DNA of 21,773 nucleotides. Source: a bacterium. Its GTDB lineage: Bacteria; Sysuimicrobiota; Sysuimicrobiia; Sysuimicrobiales; Humicultoraceae. The number at the start of each line of letters is the position of its first letter. The first letter of the stretch is position 1. The DNA is taken from positions 1 to 21,773 of the forward strand of contig JBGQGY010000058.1 in NCBI GenBank assembly GCA_041497675.1, written 5' to 3'. A model generated the notes under the pieces. It did not search any database. It saw only the letters and a program-made list of their open reading frames with translations, and had not been told where the DNA came from. Positions 17,281 through 21,773 of the stretch are shown piece after piece. Both the position numbers and the translations under genes were made by a program.

Positions 17281-19318
17281 GGTTCAGGCCTCCCAGGGTA
17301 ATCATGATCAGACCGCCGGGTAGCACGCGCGCGTGATCACCCGGTGGCACAAGCGTGGTCGAGTCCTCTTCTTCAACGAGCGCGGGTCCCGGTAGCTCCT
17401 GGTCCGGTGCGAGCTCGTGCCGGCGAAACACGGGACAATCGATCCATCCCACCTTGCGGAAAAACAGACGGCGGACCGCTACGGGTTCGGCGGGCGCACA
17501 CGCGTGATCCCATTGTGGCTCAACAGGATCCGGGTAGCCCAGGGCCGTGATACGAAAGTTGATAAGCTCGATGGCTTCACCAGGAAGGTGAAATCCATAG
17601 TGCGTGTCGTGGAGTTGGGCGAATTGATTGCACAGGGCGTCAATTGACGCTGCGGTCATCTCGCCCTCCGGCAGCGGTACTTCGCGCTCGTAGTTCTGTC
17701 CCGCGTACCGCATGTCCACGGCGCGGTAGATGATAGGGCGTCCCTGAAATCCCTGGGCGCGAAGCTCCTCCAGGGCGGATGCGGTCATCTCGGCGATGAT
17801 CCTCGTCATGCGCTCCGGGTCCAGACTCCCGGAGCGCATGATACTGGTCCGCACCTTGTCCACCCGCCAATCCGCAATCAGCGCGCCAAACGCGGAGCAC
17901 AGCCCCGGGTGGGGCGGCACGAGCACCCGTGGCATCCCCAGCAGGCGTGCCACCGCGCAGCCGTGAAGCGGTCCCGCCCCGCCAAACGCCACGAGCGCAA
18001 AATCGCGGACATCGTAACCCATCTCGACGGCCAGCAGGCGGATCTCATTGGCCATGTTCTCGTTTGCGATCTCCACGGCGGCCGCGGCACACTCGACGGG
18101 CGCCATGCCGACGCGGGCGGCCAGCGCGGCCACCGCCTCTTCGGCCCGGCTGGGGTGCAACCGCATGCGACCACCGAGAAAGTAGTCGGGGTCCAGCCGT
18201 CCCAGCATCAGATTCGAATCTGTGAGCGTGACCTCCGTGCCACCGGCGTCGTAGGCAGCCGGACCCGGCGCAGCGCCTGCACTCTGCGGGCCCGCGTGGA
18301 GGAAACCGCCGCGGTCGACCCAGACGATCGACCCTCCTCCGGCGCCAATCGTCTTCACCTTGACACAGGGAAGCGTGATGGGGATGCCCCACTCCACCTC
18401 AAACTCCGCGGCGTCCTCGTGCTGGCCCTCGTGGATCACGCCGATGTCACAACTCGTCCCGCCCATGTCCAGCGTAAACGCGTTGCGCTCTCCCGCCGCC
18501 AGGGCGAAGAACTTGCCGCCGATGACCCCGCCGGCCAACCCGGACAGGAGCAACTGGACGGCGTGGGTGTCCGCCCGTTGCGCGGGGATCAACCCGCCGT
18601 TCGATTTCATCAGGTTGACCGCGGGGGCGCGCTGCGAGAAGACCTCCAGCACGTCCCGAACGTACGTCTGCAGCGACGGCCGCACGTAGGCGTCGGCGAT
18701 GGTCGTGCTCCCGCGTTCGAACTCGCGCCAGGTGGGGCATACAGCGCTCGACCGCGACACGGGCAGATCCGGACATGCTGCGGCTAAGTGCCGTTCGATC
18801 GCCGCTTCGTGTTCGGAATTGAGATAGGAGAAAATACAGCTGACGGCGACAGCCTGGCACTCGCCGCGTCGGACGCGTTTGCCGATCTCGTCGACCACCG
18901 CGGCGAGCTGTTTGAGGTCCAACGGTCGTATCGGCCGTCCCTCCGCGTCTACACGCTCACGAATGCCCAGACAGTCTCGCCGGTGGATAAGCGGTTCGGG
19001 TTTCACCCAGTTGAGATTGTAGAGCTCCTGCTTGTTGATGCGCTGGATGAACGGGACGTCCTCGAATCCTTCAGTCGTCACGAAACAGACACGCGCGCCT
19101 TTGCGCTCGATGACCGCATTGGTGGCCACGGTAGTGCCGAGGATTGCGACGTCGAACCGTTGCCCAATCTCCCCGAGATCGGTCAGGACGGCATGGAGCG
19201 CTACACTGGGTGTCCCCGGCGTGGAGGGGCGTTTCGCCTGATGGAATCTTCCATATTCGTCGACGGCAACAAGATCTGTAAACGTGCCCCCGACATCGAT
19301 GCCGACCCGTCGAAACAT
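17264..19318 (-). CDS. Hydantoinase A / 5-oxoprolinase family subunit (ATP-binding, HyuA-like)
   Basis: GIDVGGTFTD, GTTVATNA, EFERGSTT, DMGGTSCD, IGAGGGSI, GPQSAGAAPGPA, AFGGAGPLH, DMRYAGQ, GPALVEE.DSTT. Start ATG 19318 or GTG 19327. Confidence 0.94.
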   Translation of the reverse strand: MFRRVGIDVGGTFTDLVAVDEYGRFHQAKRPSTPGTPSVALHAVLTDLGEIGQRFDVAILGTTVATNAVIERKGARVCFVTTEGFEDVPFIQRINKQELYNLNWVKPEPLIHRRDCLGIRERVDAEGRPIRPLDLKQLAAVVDEIGKRVRRGECQAVAVSCIFSYLNSEHEAAIERHLAAACPDLPVSRSSAVCPTWREFERGSTTIADAYVRPSLQTYVRDVLEVFSQRAPAVNLMKSNGGLIPAQRADTHAVQLLLSGLAGGVIGGKFFALAAGERNAFTLDMGGTSCDIGVIHEGQHEDAAEFEVEWGIPITLPCVKVKTIGAGGGSIVWVDRGGFLHAGPQSAGAAPGPAAYDAGGTEVTLTDSNLMLGRLDPDYFLGGRMRLHPSRAEEAVAALAARVGMAPVECAAAAVEIANENMANEIRLLAVEMGYDVRDFALVAFGGAGPLHGCAVARLLGMPRVLVPPHPGLCSAFGALIADWRVDKVRTSIMRSGSLDPERMTRIIAEMTASALEELRAQGFQGRPIIYRAVDMRYAGQNYEREVPLPEGEMTAASIDALCNQFAQLHDTHYGFHLPGEAIELINFRITALGYPDPVEPQWDHACAPAEPVAVRRLFFRKVGWIDCPVFRRHELAPDQELPGPALVEEEDSTTLVPPGDHARVLPGGLIMITLGGLNHAGSA

Positions 19319-19342
19319 GCGCAACACCGCCGAGTGATGTCC

Positions 19343-20482
19343 TCACCGCACGAGCTGAACCACGACCTCGATGCCCTCGCTTGGGTAGCCACCGGTGACG
19401 ACGCGCTGAGCGGTCGTGGTCGTGAAGAGTAACCTGTCACCCACCGTAATCGTCGCTCGCACGACCACGACGGTGCTTGCGGTGACGTTCCGGGGATCGT
19501 ATCTGATCTCAAACGCAAACGGCGCCTGGCGGTCCCTCGTGGCAATCGTCTGCTGACCAAGCACGATGGCGGGTGCGTCCGTCTTCGACGCGTCCAATAG
19601 CTGCACGCGCACGATCGCGTCGGTGGGTAGCGCGCTGCGCTGGCGGTGCGTCACGGTCCCGGTCACACGCGCCTCCGTGAGGACGGCGCTGAACCTCATG
19701 GCGCCCGAGTCATCCTTCAACCCGAGCACGAGAATGTCGCCGGGCCAGGACACCCGATCGACGGCGTTCAACTGCGCCAGGTAACGACGCTCCAGCGACC
19801 CGGGTCGGCACGCCGCCTTGGTGAGAGCCTGAACGGACACGGTGAGTGACTGACCGCGTCGGTCGTACGTCCCCGCCCCCCGGTTGCAGTCGGCTCGCAC
19901 GGCGACCCGGCCATCCCGGGAGAACTGCACGGTGTATCGTCCGGGATCGTCAGGCGTGACCTGGCTGCCGTCGCCCATCCACGTGCCCTGCCAGTACCAG
20001 GTGATCTCGACGAGGCGCTGCGATTCTTCCGGGCGAGTGGCGGGCCGCGGCGCGTACATCCTGGCGATCACCTCCCGACCGGGCAGCGCGTTCCGCAGCC
20101 CCTGAACCAGCCGGGCGGTCCATTGGTTGGCGACCTCGTGAACGGGCACACCCGTGCCCGCGGCGTCCGCCGGCGTCACCGTCATGACGGTGATGTCGGC
20201 CGCGACGATCGCCGCGCCGTCTCCAACCGCGCGAACCTCCACGGCGATCTGGCGTCGCGTGAGTTCGGGCAGGCTCAGCACGTCGACAATGCGCTGGTTG
20301 ATCTGTTCGACGCGCTGCTCAAGCGTCAGCCCGGCCGCCCCGCGGGTGAGCCGGCACACCCAGACACCGCCGACCGAGATGTCGCCAATGTCCGCCAGGG
20401 CGGGCCTTGGTAGGACAACCTGCAACCCCACCAGCACGGCGACCATCGCCATCATCGTGATTCGGTGGCACACGGTGCGCAT
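19343..20482 (-). CDS. Secreted protein: unknown N-terminal domain + META (HslJ-like) domain + YbaY/YscW-like domain
   Basis: Sec signal ending PALA|D; META segment YTVQFSRDGRVAVRADCNRGAGTY...TKAAC; YbaY segment VTGTVTHRQRSALPTDAIVRVQLLDASKTDAPA...PFAFEIRYD. ATG overlaps the upstream stop (TGATG). Confidence 0.82.
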   Translation of the reverse strand: MRTVCHRITMMAMVAVLVGLQVVLPRPALADIGDISVGGVWVCRLTRGAAGLTLEQRVEQINQRIVDVLSLPELTRRQIAVEVRAVGDGAAIVAADITVMTVTPADAAGTGVPVHEVANQWTARLVQGLRNALPGREVIARMYAPRPATRPEESQRLVEITWYWQGTWMGDGSQVTPDDPGRYTVQFSRDGRVAVRADCNRGAGTYDRRGQSLTVSVQALTKAACRPGSLERRYLAQLNAVDRVSWPGDILVLGLKDDSGAMRFSAVLTEARVTGTVTHRQRSALPTDAIVRVQLLDASKTDAPAIVLGQQTIATRDRQAPFAFEIRYDPRNVTASTVVVVRATITVGDRLLFTTTTAQRVVTGGYPSEGIEVVVQLVR

Positions 20483-20757
20483 CACCCCATCGTCTTCGGG
20501 AGTCGGCTGATGCCTGTCCTGCTTGGGACCGTCAAAATACACGCCACCACGCAATACATGGCAGCCCATAGCCACCAGAGTCTCGTCAAGTCCGGGCCTG
20601 AGAATCCTCTAAAGAGGTACCAGCCTCCGATCGTATTTTGCGCAGTATGGAACAACATAGCGAGCAACGCGCTCTGATGTGTGTTGTAGTTCCCCCACGA
20701 GAGGCCGTAGGCCAGCACAAAGAACGCCACCAGCGGGTGACCTTTGACGCCCGACAT
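20482..20757 (-). pseudogene. Internally deleted CPBP/Abi (type II CAAX) intramembrane protease remnant, still an open 91-aa frame
   Basis: Family-typical N-terminus HPLVAFFVLAYGLSW joined directly to the C-terminal motif YNTHQSALLAMLFHTAQNT; the catalytic EExxxR and FxxxH motifs are absent. Confidence 0.72.
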
Positions 20758-20773
20758 GGAGCGATCGTATCAT
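20744..20773 (+). promoter_or_regulatory. Sigma70-type promoter candidate for the SDR gene
   Basis: TTGACG (20744-20749), 18 nt, TATCAT (20768-20773). Confidence 0.5.
20757..20772 (-). promoter_or_regulatory. Extended -10 promoter, probably leaderless, heading the minus-strand gene run
   Basis: Minus strand TGA-TACGAT-CGCTCC-ATG; no SD. Confidence 0.55.
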
Positions 20774-20838
20774 AGCCTGCAAACTCGCAAGACCCTCGCC
20801 AAGGACCTCCGCAAGGCCGTGTCGTATGCATCAAGGCC

Positions 20839-21675
20839 ATGATGCTGCAAAAGAATAGCGTGGCCCTGGTGACCGGTGCGGCCCGCGGCTTGGGATGGGG
20901 AATCGCCCGGGCGTTTGGCATCGCCGGGGCGAGAGTGTGCGCGACGGATATCAACGACCACGAGCTTGCCCGCTGCGCTCGAGACCTTACCGCCGACGGC
21001 ACGGACTTCCAGACGGTGCGCTCCGATGTCGCCGACCTCGCCGCGTGCCAAAGCCTGGTCAAGAGCATCGTGGATCGTTGGGGGCGGCTCGACGTGGTGG
21101 TGCACAACGCCATCTACATGCCGCTGATTACGTTTGAGGCCACGACGCCCGAAGAGTGGTCCCGTCAGATCGATGTCGGCATCGGGGGATTGTTCAACTG
21201 CACCTACGCCGTCTGGGATCAGATGAAGGCGCAGGGCGGAGGCCACATCATCGGCATCGCAAGCGGCTCGAGCATTCGCGGCTATAAAGAGGAGATCGCG
21301 TACTGCACGATCAAGCATGGGATTGAAGGGTTTGTCAAAGCAATCTCGTTCGACGCCAAGACCCGCAACATCGCGATCAATACGATGGGTCCGGGTGCCC
21401 GCATCAAGCCGACACGAACGACCTGGGCCGAGTACGATCACGCGCCGCCGGATCTACGGGCGACCTGGGCCGACCCGGCTGAACTCGGCAAAGCGTGGGT
21501 CTGGCTCGCCGCACAACCGCCCAGCCGGTTCTGCGGCTATCGTTTTGACGCCGCGAAGCTTGTCCAAACTATCGCTCGAGAGGGCCCTGACTTCGAGTTC
21601 GCAGCCGACAAGGTCACGCTCTATCCGGACGATTTTCGCACCCGGCAGGAATGGTACAGCAAGTACGTAGACTAA
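20839..21675 (+). CDS. Short-chain dehydrogenase/reductase (SDR), probably NAD(H)-preferring
   Basis: VALVTGAARGLG, acidic residue after beta-2 (ATDIN), GRLDVVVHNA, catalytic Ser (IASGS) and YCTIK. Confidence 0.92.
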   Translation: MMLQKNSVALVTGAARGLGWGIARAFGIAGARVCATDINDHELARCARDLTADGTDFQTVRSDVADLAACQSLVKSIVDRWGRLDVVVHNAIYMPLITFEATTPEEWSRQIDVGIGGLFNCTYAVWDQMKAQGGGHIIGIASGSSIRGYKEEIAYCTIKHGIEGFVKAISFDAKTRNIAINTMGPGARIKPTRTTWAEYDHAPPDLRATWADPAELGKAWVWLAAQPPSRFCGYRFDAAKLVQTIAREGPDFEFAADKVTLYPDDFRTRQEWYSKYVD

Positions 21676-21733
21676 AAAAATGCATGTTCCCGGGAGAATC
21701 TAACGTTGACAACAATTTATGACTCCTTGAAAT
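21676..21733 (+). promoter_or_regulatory. AT-rich intergenic stretch with a perfect TTGACA, likely promoter for the next gene
   Basis: TTGACA at 21706-21711 in an AT-rich tract; -10 is weak (TGAAAT at 16 nt). An open frame starts at ATG 21732 and runs off the window. Confidence 0.35.
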
Positions 21734-21773
21734 GGAACGAAGTCCGAATCACCGCCCACGCCGCCGCCCAGTA

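Noticed and set aside
1..21773. CRISPR array, tRNA/rRNA, IS element or prophage
   Set aside because: No regularly spaced repeats, no cloverleaf or rRNA-like tracts, intergenic gaps are all short, and no transposase, integrase or phage proteins are recognisable.

Overview
GC-rich bacterial window, densely coding (17 CDS-type features), with no rRNA/tRNA, CRISPR array, transposase or integrase recognisable. It reads as a catabolic region in five blocks. (1) + strand: partial two-domain ALDH16-type aldehyde dehydrogenase, TcuA-like flavoprotein and an M20 metallohydrolase. (2) - strand: DUF3667 membrane protein, STAND-ATPase/TPR/LuxR regulator, a small secreted protein and a Tat-exported sulfite-oxidase-family molybdoenzyme. 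(3) + strand: Tat-exported family-5 ABC solute-binding protein and an orphan xanthine-dehydrogenase-family Mo subunit. (4) A tightly packed ~7.5 kb - strand run: internally deleted CAAX/CPBP protease remnant, secreted META+YbaY protein, hydantoinase/oxoprolinase A and B, a 66-aa four-Cys TRASH/YHS-like protein, a creatininase-family hydrolase and a SelA/DgaE-like PLP enzyme. (5) + strand SDR. The best candidate for an undescribed system is the HyuA-HyuB-small Zn protein-creatininase-SelA-like module. Regulatory details visible in the DNA include two TGn-TACGAT-N6-ATG leaderless promoters, overlapping divergent promoters, and a lux-box-positioned site plus an SD-occluding hairpin downstream of the LuxR gene. 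All functional calls come from motif recognition by eye; no searches were run.
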